DNA from: a bacterium
GTDB lineage: Bacteria; Zhuqueibacterota; Zhuqueibacteria; Zhuqueibacterales; Zhuqueibacteraceae
DNA: 64,000 nt
Assembly: GCA_044869275.1 (NCBI GenBank)
Contig: JBIOXB010000014.1
Span: 1 to 64,000 of the forward strand
Reading direction: 5' to 3'
In this document: in pieces, positions 42,501 to 48,845 of the stretch
How positions within the stretch are numbered: the first letter of the stretch is position 1
Layout: the number at the start of each line of letters is the position of its first letter
Notes under the pieces: model-generated
What the model was told of the DNA's origin: nothing
Databases searched by the model: none
The model's input: only the letters and a program-made list of their open reading frames with translations
Made by a program: the position numbers and the translations under genes

Positions 42501-45500
42501 TTTTCACGCGCACCGGTGCACCCACCGCAACCGTAAACAGGTTTGTGCTGTCGTCCAGTGCCGTGGCATGATTCGCCACGATGCGGCCCGAACCCGGCAC
42601 TTGCGGGTCAAACTCCGTCGAAACATTGATCGCGGGTGAGACCACGCCGATGCCGTTGCGCGCGATCCACGTCACCGTGTAATCGCCGAGATAATTATTT
42701 GAGGCATCGTAACCGGCCGCGTGCAACGTGAGCTGGCCGTCGGTGGTGAGATTTCTGCCGGTGAAGCGCGTGCCGTCGCCGCTGCTGCCTTCCACAATAC
42801 GCACGCGGAAGAGATTGCCGCTCGATACCGTGATCGTGCCCGTGAAGCCATCGATCAAAGTGGGATGATCGGCATTGATCACCCCGGTGCCGGCAGTCGA
42901 GGCCGTGAGGCGGGTGGTCACGCCGTTATTCTGTGACAGTGAACCGATATTGCCGGTAACGTTCCAGCTCACGGACACGTCTTGCATATAGTTGCCATCT
43001 GCATCAAAGCTCGCCGCATGCACGTCCTGGGTCTGGCCAGTGGTCAGATTCAGCGTGGTAATCTCACCGATATTGCCGGAGGTGCCGGTCAAAACTTTCA
43101 CACGATACCCTGCGCCGGGATTGACCGTGATCACACCCGAGCTGTCGTCAATGGCCGAGGCATGATTCGCGACAATTCTACCCGTACCGGTGGTGTTGGC
43201 GTAAAACGTGGTCGAGGCGGCATTCGTGGCCGGATCGAAGATCCCGATGTTGGCGGTGATCTGTGCGACCAGCCAATTCACGTTTTGATCGCCGGTGTAA
43301 TTGCCGAATGCGTCATAACCCGCGGCATGCACCGCCAGGATCTGATCCGCGGTCAAAGTCTTCGTGGCCAGCTCTGCCGGCGCGTCGCCGCTGCTGCCTT
43401 CCACCACCTTGACGCGCTGCAAGGGTCCGGCAATCACGTTGAATTGGTTGGACTGGCCGCTCTTACCGCCGCCACTAACGTTGAGAAACACCCCGTCCTG
43501 TTTTTTCGTGAGGCGCGCATTATTGACCGTTACCACGGTGCCGTTCATCGCCACGCTCGACGGCGTCAATGTGCTCGTGGCATCGCCCAACGCAACCGTG
43601 CCGTTGAAATTGACGTCGTTGCCGCTGGCGTCTTTAGCCGTGATCGTAAAACTGAAATTCGTGCCCGCTTGTTGCGTGGGAATGGTGCTGAACACGAAAT
43701 GATCCAGGCCCGAGGCGCTGACGTTGAAACTGGTGGAGTTGCCGCTGTGACCCGCGCCATCCGTGACATTGATGATGCGACTGCTGCCCGTCGCCGCAAT
43801 GGTGACACTTACCGTGCGCACGCCGGCGCTGAAGGCACCGCTGGTTGAGGGCGTAATCGTGCCGGAATTCAAGGAAATCGTGACCGCTCCGCTGAAACCG
43901 GTCACGGTATTGTCGAATTGGTCTTGCGCCGTTATTGTAATCGGGAAGCTTTGCCCGGCAATTTGATCTGCAACCGTGGAAATGGCGAATTTGCTCAACG
44001 CCGCCGGGGCGACATTGAAAGTGTTCGATGGGTTGGTTTTGCCCAAGCCGGTGACCGTGAGGCGATTGCTCGTGAAGCTTTTGGTAATGGTGAAATTCTG
44101 TGTCAGAATCCCGGCGGTAAAATTGTTGCTGGTGGCGGGCGCAATCGAGCTGCTCAAATCGGAAAGCGACACGGTGCCGGTAAAATTCGTGACCGTGTTG
44201 TTGCTGGCATCTTTCGCCGTAACCGTGATATTGAATTGCACACCCGCGGTTTGATTGCCGATGGTGCTGATTTCAAAATGATCCACGGTCTGCGCCTGCA
44301 CGTTGAAGGCGTTCGAATTGCCGCTTCTCACCGGCGAGCCACCGCTCACGCTGATGATATTGGCCGTGCGCGCCTGAGTGATGGTGACACCTTCCGTGCG
44401 CACACCGCCAATGAATGTGCCGCTGGCAGCGGGGGCGATGGTGCCGGTCAGGTCCGAAATCGTCACCGTGCCGGTGAAATCGGTTTTGAGATTGTTTTGT
44501 GCGTCGCGCGCACGCATGGTGACACTGAACGGCGCACCCGTGGCCTGGTCGGATATCATGTCCAGCGTGAAGCCATTCAACGCGCCGGGATTGACATTGA
44601 ACAAATTCGAGGTGCCGCTGCGGGCCGGCGCGCCGCCGGTTGCCGTGAGCTGATTATCGTTGCGGGTGAGATTTACGGTCACGTTTTGCGAGGCCAGCAC
44701 GCCGCCCGACAAAGACGCGCTGGTGACGCTGATGCCAGTCAAATCCGTTATCGTCACCGTTTGGTTGAAATTGGCGACAGTGTTATTGAACGCATCCTGC
44801 GCCACGACGCGAATCGCGAAGGTCGTGCCCGCGGTTTGCGCGCCGATATTGGCGTCGCTCGTATTCGTCACTCGGAAATGATCCAGCAGCGCGTGCGTCA
44901 CTGTAAAGCTGCTGCTCTGAGCGGTTTTACCGCTGCCACTGGCAAAAATCACGACATTATTCTGCGCCCGGGTAATGCGCGCATTATTAATCGTCACTGC
45001 AGATTGATTGCTGAACACCAACGGCGAGGCCGTCAAAGTGTTCGTGTTGTCACTCAGAGTCACCGTACCGGAATGCGGGATATTGTTGTTGTTGGCATCC
45101 TGTGCCGTCACGGTCACGCTGAAATTTTGCCCGGCAATTTGATTGCCGACCGCGGCGATCACGAAATGATCCAGTGCGCCGGCATTGACATTGAACACAT
45201 TCGACTGTCCGGCCTTGCCGGCGCTGGCGATCGTGATCCTCGTGCTTGTGGCCGGCTGCGTGAAAGTCACCGTCTCCGCGCGCATGCCTCCGGCAAACGC
45301 CCCGCTGGTGGCAGGCCCCACCGTGCCCACAGTGGCGCCGATCGTGGCCGTGCCATTGAAACCGGTGACGGTGTTGTTCAAGGTATCCTGTGCCGTGAAG
45401 GTGACCGGAAAGCCGGTGCCGGCAGTCTGGGGCGTCGCAATGTTCGAAACCGCAAAATGATGCAGTGCGTTTGGATTCACCGTGAACACATTAGTGCTGC

Positions 45501-46251
45501 CAAACTGTCCCGTGGCCGCGGTTGCCGTGATCACCCTGCCCGTGCCTGCCAAATCGGTTCTCACCGCTTGCGTGAGTGCACCCTGCGCAAATGCGGCACT
45601 GGTGGGCGGAATCACTGTACCCTGATTCGCGGTGAACGTGACTATGCCGGCAAAAGATTTGACCACGTTTTCATAATCGTCGCGCGCCGACATCACCAGA
45701 TTGAAATTCACGCCCGCGACCGGCGGCGTGGTAATATTATTGATTGTGAAATGATCCAGTGGCCCGTGAATGATTCTGAACGCCGGCGAGGTGGCGGAGT
45801 CTATGCGCACATTCGCCGCGGTGAGCGTTTCAATAAAAAGGCGGAAGGTGTCCGCCACTGTGGAATTATAAACGATCGCCAATTTGATTTGCGCGGAATC
45901 GCCCGCCGCCAGGGCCGTGCCGGTATTGTCGCGCGTGAGCGTCAACACGTGATTCACGTTTTGGATGCTCGCGTAGCCTCCATTCAGCCCGCTATCGTTG
46001 ATCACGGCGGCAACCGCGGAATCGGTAAAACCCGGAGGGAACGTGATACGAAGCTTGCCGTCGGCAGGAATACCGGTCCCCGTGAGGCTGCTGCGGAATT
46101 TAATGGTATAAAGCGCGCCCGAGCCGGCGGTGGAATCCGAGGGCGTGACATTGACTCGGGAGAGCAGGCCTTGTCCCATGCCCGGCGCCGCCGCGATCAT
46201 CACGGCCAGACCAGCCCAGCGCAAGAATTTCCTTGGACGATGCGTCATCAT
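33592..46251 (-). CDS. Giant (4219 aa) repetitive Ig-like surface protein/adhesin with T9SS-like/FlgD-Ig CTD
   Basis: Signal peptide; three families of about 100-130-aa beta-sandwich repeats; C-term FYNYPNPF...IFTLLGELV...WDGRNGNG..V.NGVY...KVAVVK. Confidence 0.9.
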   Translation of the reverse strand: MMTHRPRKFLRWAGLAVMIAAAPGMGQGLLSRVNVTPSDSTAGSGALYTIKFRSSLTGTGIPADGKLRITFPPGFTDSAVAAVINDSGLNGGYASIQNVNHVLTLTRDNTGTALAAGDSAQIKLAIVYNSTVADTFRLFIETLTAANVRIDSATSPAFRIIHGPLDHFTINNITTPPVAGVNFNLVMSARDDYENVVKSFAGIVTFTANQGTVIPPTSAAFAQGALTQAVRTDLAGTGRVITATAATGQFGSTNVFTVNPNALHHFAVSNIATPQTAGTGFPVTFTAQDTLNNTVTGFNGTATIGATVGTVGPATSGAFAGGMRAETVTFTQPATSTRITIASAGKAGQSNVFNVNAGALDHFVIAAVGNQIAGQNFSVTVTAQDANNNNIPHSGTVTLSDNTNTLTASPLVFSNQSAVTINNARITRAQNNVVIFASGSGKTAQSSSFTVTHALLDHFRVTNTSDANIGAQTAGTTFAIRVVAQDAFNNTVANFNQTVTITDLTGISVTSASLSGGVLASQNVTVNLTRNDNQLTATGGAPARSGTSNLFNVNPGALNGFTLDMISDQATGAPFSVTMRARDAQNNLKTDFTGTVTISDLTGTIAPAASGTFIGGVRTEGVTITQARTANIISVSGGSPVRSGNSNAFNVQAQTVDHFEISTIGNQTAGVQFNITVTAKDASNNTVTNFTGTVSLSDLSSSIAPATSNNFTAGILTQNFTITKSFTSNRLTVTGLGKTNPSNTFNVAPAALSKFAISTVADQIAGQSFPITITAQDQFDNTVTGFSGAVTISLNSGTITPSTSGAFSAGVRTVSVTIAATGSSRIINVTDGAGHSGNSTSFNVSASGLDHFVFSTIPTQQAGTNFSFTITAKDASGNDVNFNGTVALGDATSTLTPSSVAMNGTVVTVNNARLTKKQDGVFLNVSGGGKSGQSNQFNVIAGPLQRVKVVEGSSGDAPAELATKTLTADQILAVHAAGYDAFGNYTGDQNVNWLVAQITANIGIFDPATNAASTTFYANTTGTGRIVANHASAIDDSSGVITVNPGAGYRVKVLTGTSGNIGEITTLNLTTGQTQDVHAASFDADGNYMQDVSVSWNVTGNIGSLSQNNGVTTRLTASTAGTGVINADHPTLIDGFTGTITVSSGNLFRVRIVEGSSGDGTRFTGRNLTTDGQLTLHAAGYDASNNYLGDYTVTWIARNGIGVVSPAINVSTEFDPQVPGSGRIVANHATALDDSTNLFTVAVGAPVRVKILAGLSGNGSEVNNATLVTGDPPLDMHASSFDRDNNRITDVSVTWELSTPIGTLIPTTGIGTRFTATTAGSGVITANHASLDDDATGTITVQSGNLSYVKVVLGPAGQGSELGNLSRTTDDLVQVHAAGYDAQNNYLGDQTVDWSILGEAIGALNPTNGASTNLTLTRPGAARLVANHVSARDDSSGVITVITGNLHHLTILTGDAGNLLPVDERSVTTDESFTVHAGGFDADNNYKNDVTVNWTITGDPIGGVSPLSGTSTTFNPTKTGRGQIRADHASAGSDLTGIITVNPGQLSYIKVFENPGGQGAELGNKSLSAIQELRLYAAGFDFDGNYIRDEAVNWSSAGTLAPVVTATGVTNFTFQPTLAPANGTIRATHAAAGFDTTGTINITVGPLHRVVVLSGGTGATAPQGDITMNPGQQLTVHAGGFDAENNYRGDEIVGWAVDGSMGTVNNANGLSTVFTAGTIGSGSIRANHPTATVIDGNSGTITVVSGVVARVELRTAANRGGEVFGVYNMTTDSAVTIHAAGYDAGNNFLGDVNVTWSNTGNLSPAVSATGSSLTFSPSLGAANGSVNGTIVGTYTGGVISDATGQITVRPGNPSGTVDLTPNPNSLPANGTATAIVISSVIRDADNNEVGPNRRFTVAVTPPASGEITDPDVDPVTPGKQIQTNAQSRLSFTFRAGIAGGVATIGVNSGLGATGSTTINLGSLSIIQIVAVPSFVTRGQTGASVSMSVQNLGTTPIQALQGGLTFTGTQPRNTDYIVTPAANNPTTIAGNGTVNLNFNVAVGNNAALEMITIDGDISGTVNGTPVNDLGANATDTWQVLRPAQLAVQIVNTAPTTVAGGQNGIAVNVTVANNSGVQFSADAVIDSVRLRFRQGAVDQSIGYAVIPNSNNPGSISGNGTADFSFVVNVRTGAVLGDIVIDAEAYGHDANSGASAHDLNGATTPDSWTVIPGNAFGITQITVSQPSVTANMTRPWTVRMELQNSADSPVNLSLAQDKTLIHFIIGAVDLTSQYGIQHPTALDGGGTVLPGNATGALTFRITQTGLSAGRATIVGFVAGTDGAGQPLSDNTNDSGSGEVTVQMRGTLDISGALQFSQTTITRNQTSPWTITANVTNTGQSAVRYSTDSTRVTVGSDPAFNFSYPTAFLDGDSIIAANEVKALRVTVTRSGNQIGSLPVSLRLKGTDYNNPSGPPIASAPVSTPIESQTPADLVIQQVRASRPSVTAEQTNPWQITLVVRNQGGSTVSVKVDTSTNVRFRIGNAFQSGYASSLVQPSWLGTGSLNLAGNTTDSLRFSVNTTGTAPGLAFIWAKVAATELNSSASRVATNNGSSVTVQTSPNVTYIPNSLTPKTVNNGTQYAFRVRVRNSGTATLDLTATPTPTRFVFGSGVTFSADLDLNKVRSIPPGDTTLTFVGENIPVNMPQTAYAPTLQLRGAHNGNNYSSDVTFASNELRVTAPANLQVISMHSTQTKVTAGMLKPWSIVMTVANNGNSPAQLDSVGLRLLNGGDVTRDFDVVTPSRFLGSNNTNLAAGARDSLRFEIRKTGEKIGGTTVEGYIRVVDLSNNQKLEARSSGNNGSFEVQSRAALNIVSLTPSQQTVTVNQTQVWSVDMLVRNNGGSGVRVSFDQAVTRLTFSPNAGYFMPQPTALVGGGDIIAGNSERTLRFEIAQTGSQVGQNNITGQIGAIEVNSDDPRSDDTQSGGSSFVTVQTAASLRLTSTAIVPASAPNAPRVNIGQPFEVRVEVENRGGEAADSVIVRLSSNGSSTINPPSDKLIPSVSSGSPQSVVFAVMASNQENNGERFTATIISAKAHNTRTTAQQEQPVDNTEDVIVQRRAELAIVSVNPSAAVVPAESNNPWTIPVVLRNNGGAAIALNPPIDDNLTITIDGAQQNDYTIVPPAFLSRNGNLILPGGEIDTLLYRVDNTGRRGGAATIHALIAGKDRNNNLALSAEKNGEVRIETIASVKITFTRPIVNHFFQNSNVGSVNTNQNFAIEVEVENSSLEDVRDVLVELVSSTNSSHIPAQQQTIVSLPQRQQRQIRFEVIAAATPDNQPENFVARVLDATAAISGGRANINRGADTTAQVRIQLPAELALEVNADFNNLTTNQIFELNAEVSNLPNAAEVDQSGRLTLSLPEGSGFTILDPGMEQPFNPGQRVVWRLQAPDSATAGPLAVNMTTVPRDLNSAASAIVAKSADSALVNVVFSNLNISKSVIIDPEGAKDGVVSTGQTFKIESSLAFSKDLAQKKITLTLPSNTGYEFRSGSSATIFDFSAQESWEILVPGAPVDTRSFIIKAEGVTENGTGVPVTNSDTVRVQAVQQATLDFSVKLIKPGQDTTGALTVDQTFTIRATLANQGVAAAVDTATVRLQLGETGVTTTDDLEKKIYISSGSSGVVEWIAQAPPIPTPESILTVQLLNRLNDENSGGPAVWNRGIDNSVINKAVRTDSVGTLFVDQLYIYEPAGAADNTLSTQQEFRVRALIKGRNLTTLRAELVVPAGFSFVNEADRIQRFDSLDVETSRVWQMRAPRNRLSQQQIYVTVTGKDANSGSEVSSISSNLVVDIVESADLFLSASITYPQSVALDNVASIGQPFEITAILENRGEADTVGAGSINLVLPAGYTTAEPLAKTTINSQARWQVTARNTPSVVAEVITLTLNKPYPNDRNTGDEAPASVVERTLNIRTEETILTVTDISASQGIKAGPVISQQKGIPVLALDWRNEGNEGSSNIVMKTLKFYVVNSQNQDLPPNAAVARVQVVAGDDPNKVLGQLTEIPNTNPLTLNFAIIDTVFGGASKQATILVDVANAATADDFFLTVRSGNDIIAENADSPSKQVQVNLAGGTITSVAAVLSSANYEDSFYNYPNPFSTVRNGRTTFNYSLPQDSEVDFRIFTLLGELVYTKSFKSTDPQGKAGARTNGVSQGFIEWDGRNGNGDLVFNGVYMAVLKTSAGTVTTKVAVVK
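40702..43428 (-). repeat. 9 tandem repeats of about 101 aa (type B) in the giant protein
   Basis: Consensus G.L..V.(I/V)..G..G...(H/Y)A.G(Y/F)D...NY..D..V.W...G.I.A.H....TG.ITV. Confidence 0.85.
43429..45765 (-). repeat. 8 tandem Ig-like repeats of about 97 aa (type A) in the giant protein
   Basis: Consensus LDHF.I..I..Q.AG..F..T.TA.D..NN....F.GTV..; eight copies counted in the translation. Confidence 0.85.
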
Positions 46252-46287
46252 GACACGAATGCTCTATTTTAGATTAAGGGGGAGGCG

Positions 46288-46800
46288 TTATTGATTCGTC
46301 TTCCGCACGAATTGGATCGGATAACTCTTTTTTCCCGCGGCGGCATTTCCCGAGGCACTTCTCTGCATGAACGTGACCTCGAGGTTGCCGGCCAGCGTCG
46401 CCGGACTGGTGATCAATCCCAGCATCAGCTCCACTTGCCGGCCTGGCGGAATGGCTGCACCCAAGCCGGTGCGCCGCACGCGCACGAGGCTGCCCTCGCG
46501 CGTGAGCTTGAAGCCGCCGTTGATGGTGGTCGAGCTGGCTATTTCCAGCAGGCGCAAATCGAGCGCGGCAGGAAACTCAAAAACCAGCTCGGCTTGTGTG
46601 TCGAGCGTATCGGCCGTGGTGTAGCGAATTTCGTACAACGAGGGTTTGCCTGCCTCAGCTCTGAGGGCTTGCATGCTGAACGCAGGGGAGGCATCATTTG
46701 GGCGGGCGCTCGACCGCTCTTGCGCTATCACCGCGAAAGCGGAGGCAAGCAAGGCGAGCGGCACCATGAGTGGCAGCCTGCGAAGGCTCAGGCTTCTCAT
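46288..46800 (-). CDS. Small exported protein paralogous to the giant protein's N-terminal domain
   Basis: AGGAG RBS, signal peptide; AGKPSLYEIRY..FP..INGGF..RRTGLGAAIPPG aligns with giant AGSGALYTIKF..FP..LNGGY..TRDNTGTALAAG. Confidence 0.8.
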   Translation of the reverse strand: MRSLSLRRLPLMVPLALLASAFAVIAQERSSARPNDASPAFSMQALRAEAGKPSLYEIRYTTADTLDTQAELVFEFPAALDLRLLEIASSTTINGGFKLTREGSLVRVRRTGLGAAIPPGRQVELMLGLITSPATLAGNLEVTFMQRSASGNAAAGKKSYPIQFVRKTNQ

Positions 46801-46896
46801 CGGTTCAACTCCTGTCTCATCCATGTGACGTTGTTTTATCATGGAACATGAAAGTAGGGTTTAACTCAATAAAATTGCGATTTCGCAACCATTTTC

Positions 46897-46913
46897 TGCA
46901 AACATCACGCCAG
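46897..46913 (-). promoter_or_regulatory. Sigma54 (RpoN) -24/-12 promoter candidate
   Basis: Minus strand CTGGCGTGATGTTTGCA, exact GG-N10-GC spacing, about 100 nt upstream of the first gene of the giant-protein operon. Confidence 0.6.
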
Positions 46914-47129
46914 CAAGGACTTAGCGCGCATGAGCAAATGTAAATGCTTTTGAATCAAGCGCGAATACCATGCTTCTTTGTCTTTGATTCTCCCATCGGT
47001 GAGGCACATGTCGAATCAAAGCGATACTATGTCCAGAATTGATCAAAATCGCGGCTGGCGCTTCGAAGAGATAACGAATGATTTTGAACGTGAGGCGAAA
47101 ATGGAGGCAAACCGTAAAAGGTTCAACAA

Positions 47130-48263
47130 CTATTTCAGCATCGCCCGAAGCAAATACACAAAGCTCTTGCTGTCATTTTCCGTGAGCTTCAGATTCCTTT
47201 CCGCACGCTTGTATTCCGGGTTGATCTTCACCGCTTGCCGGAACTCCTCCAGGGCGCGCAGGAACAAATTCCGGGACTGAATCAAATAAGCAATGCCGAG
47301 GTGATTGTGTAGGTCGGGGTATTCGGGGAAGTCTTGCGCCGCGGCGAGCAAGCGTCCGGCGTATGTTTGAATGTATGCCTCATCCCGGCTTTTGCCGCCA
47401 AACATGAATTTCAAATAAAACTCGTTTTCGAGAATCTTATCCGGCGCCGCGGAGGTTTCTTCGCGGGCGTTTTGCAGGTGGATGATCGCCTCGACATGAT
47501 CTTTCCTTGCCAATGCCGCGTGCGCCTCTTGTATTTTAAGAGAATGCTGCGGCGGCGCTCCCGGCGGTATCAGTGCCTCAAGCAGATCCTGCGCGCGCTT
47601 GAGGCGCGTGGACGGCGGCGGCGGATGATCCTGCAACGGTTGCGGCCCCTGCAAAGTGAGCAGCAACGTCAGCGCGAGCAGCAAATGGGTTTGTGAAAAC
47701 CTGGGGTTGAGACGCAACGCCGCTTCGAAACAGGACAGCGCTTCCAGCAGGCGTTCCTGCTCGAGCAAGGCAAGGCCGAGATCGTGATGCAAATCGGGAT
47801 ACTCCGGCGCCAGCTCCAGGCCACGGCGGAACATTTCCTCAGCTTGGACGAAGTCCCGCTGGCGCAAAAAGGCGCGCCCCAGGCCCTGATGCGCCTCCGG
47901 CATCTCCGGACCCAGCTCGACTGCCTGCCGCAACACGGCCAGGGCTTCTTCGGGTAAGTTCTTTTCCAGGAAAAAAGCGCCCAAGCGCAGGTAGGAAGGA
48001 CAATGCTTGGTGCGGCGGACTCTTTCCGCGATATGAAACAGCAATTCCATCTCCGCCATCACTTCCAGATGGAACTGTTGCAGCTTCGGCGAGAGGCTTT
48101 GGGGATTGGTCTCGCCCGGGCAAAGCAGCTCGTGCTGGTCAATGACGCGGCCTCGCTCGAATACATGCGAGACGAATTTCTGCTTGCCCGCGGAATACGT
48201 CGTCTGTACGTGAAAGCGATGCCCGCCGGCTGCCACGTCGCCGTTCAGTCCTAATTGCTGCAT
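47130..48263 (-). CDS. Tetratricopeptide repeat protein with an N-terminal beta-rich domain
   Basis: Repeated YPDLH..LG and A...P TPR motifs; N-term RFHVQT...SHVFERGRVI. Confidence 0.82.
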   Translation of the reverse strand: MQQLGLNGDVAAGGHRFHVQTTYSAGKQKFVSHVFERGRVIDQHELLCPGETNPQSLSPKLQQFHLEVMAEMELLFHIAERVRRTKHCPSYLRLGAFFLEKNLPEEALAVLRQAVELGPEMPEAHQGLGRAFLRQRDFVQAEEMFRRGLELAPEYPDLHHDLGLALLEQERLLEALSCFEAALRLNPRFSQTHLLLALTLLLTLQGPQPLQDHPPPPSTRLKRAQDLLEALIPPGAPPQHSLKIQEAHAALARKDHVEAIIHLQNAREETSAAPDKILENEFYLKFMFGGKSRDEAYIQTYAGRLLAAAQDFPEYPDLHNHLGIAYLIQSRNLFLRALEEFRQAVKINPEYKRAERNLKLTENDSKSFVYLLRAMLK

Positions 48264-48306
48264 GCTCCTCTCTCCTGATCCCATCCCTCAGCATGTTACA
48301 GAATAG

Positions 48307-48666
48307 TCACTCGCCTTCACTTTTCCCCTGCGAGGGAGAGGGGAGGGGAGCTTTGGAAGTCGATGATTTCTTGGTTGCTTCGCTCGAGGTTTTCTTATCC
48401 GGCGTCTTTTCGCCGGAGACGGTGCCGTTTCCGGCTTGGGCTTTCTCCTCGCCGGATTCAGATTTGCCCTCGCCAGACTTCGCAGGCTTTTTGTAGTCGG
48501 TTAAATAAAAACCCGAGCCCTTGAAAATCAGTCCCGCGCCGCCATGAATCCGGCGTTTGACGGGCCCGCCGCACTTCGGGCAGGTATCCGCCGGCGGCTC
48601 CGAAATGCTTTGAAACAATTCGAAAGTATCGCTGCAGGCTTCGCAATCATAGTCGTAGGTTGGCAT
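48307..48666 (-). CDS. FmdB-family zinc-ribbon protein
   Basis: MPTYDYDC..C...CPKCGG...FKGSGFYLTDY with a charged disordered tail. Confidence 0.92.
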   Translation of the reverse strand: MPTYDYDCEACSDTFELFQSISEPPADTCPKCGGPVKRRIHGGAGLIFKGSGFYLTDYKKPAKSGEGKSESGEEKAQAGNGTVSGEKTPDKKTSSEATKKSSTSKAPLPSPSQGKSEGE

Positions 48667-48845
48667 AGTGGAACTCCATTACAGAATCACTAAATGTTGG
48701 CAGTCAATTTGACAAGATAACGATGAAATGCAAGGGGAAATTCGTCGAGTTTCTGTCAAGCTTATTTCTGCCTCTTTTCCCGAGGCAGGCGAAAGACGGC
48801 AGCTGGCCCTTCCGGCCCCCGGAATGGCGAGCGGGCCGGGCAGCC

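Noticed and set aside
43918..46272. 784-aa plus-strand ORF (and other long antisense ORFs such as 17212-18894, 28411-30069, 49458-50873)
   Set aside because: Antisense shadows of well-supported genes in high-GC DNA; no recognisable motifs
46978..47280. 100-aa plus-strand ORF in the promoter region
   Set aside because: TTG start, overlaps the TPR gene antisense, no motif; region better explained as regulatory
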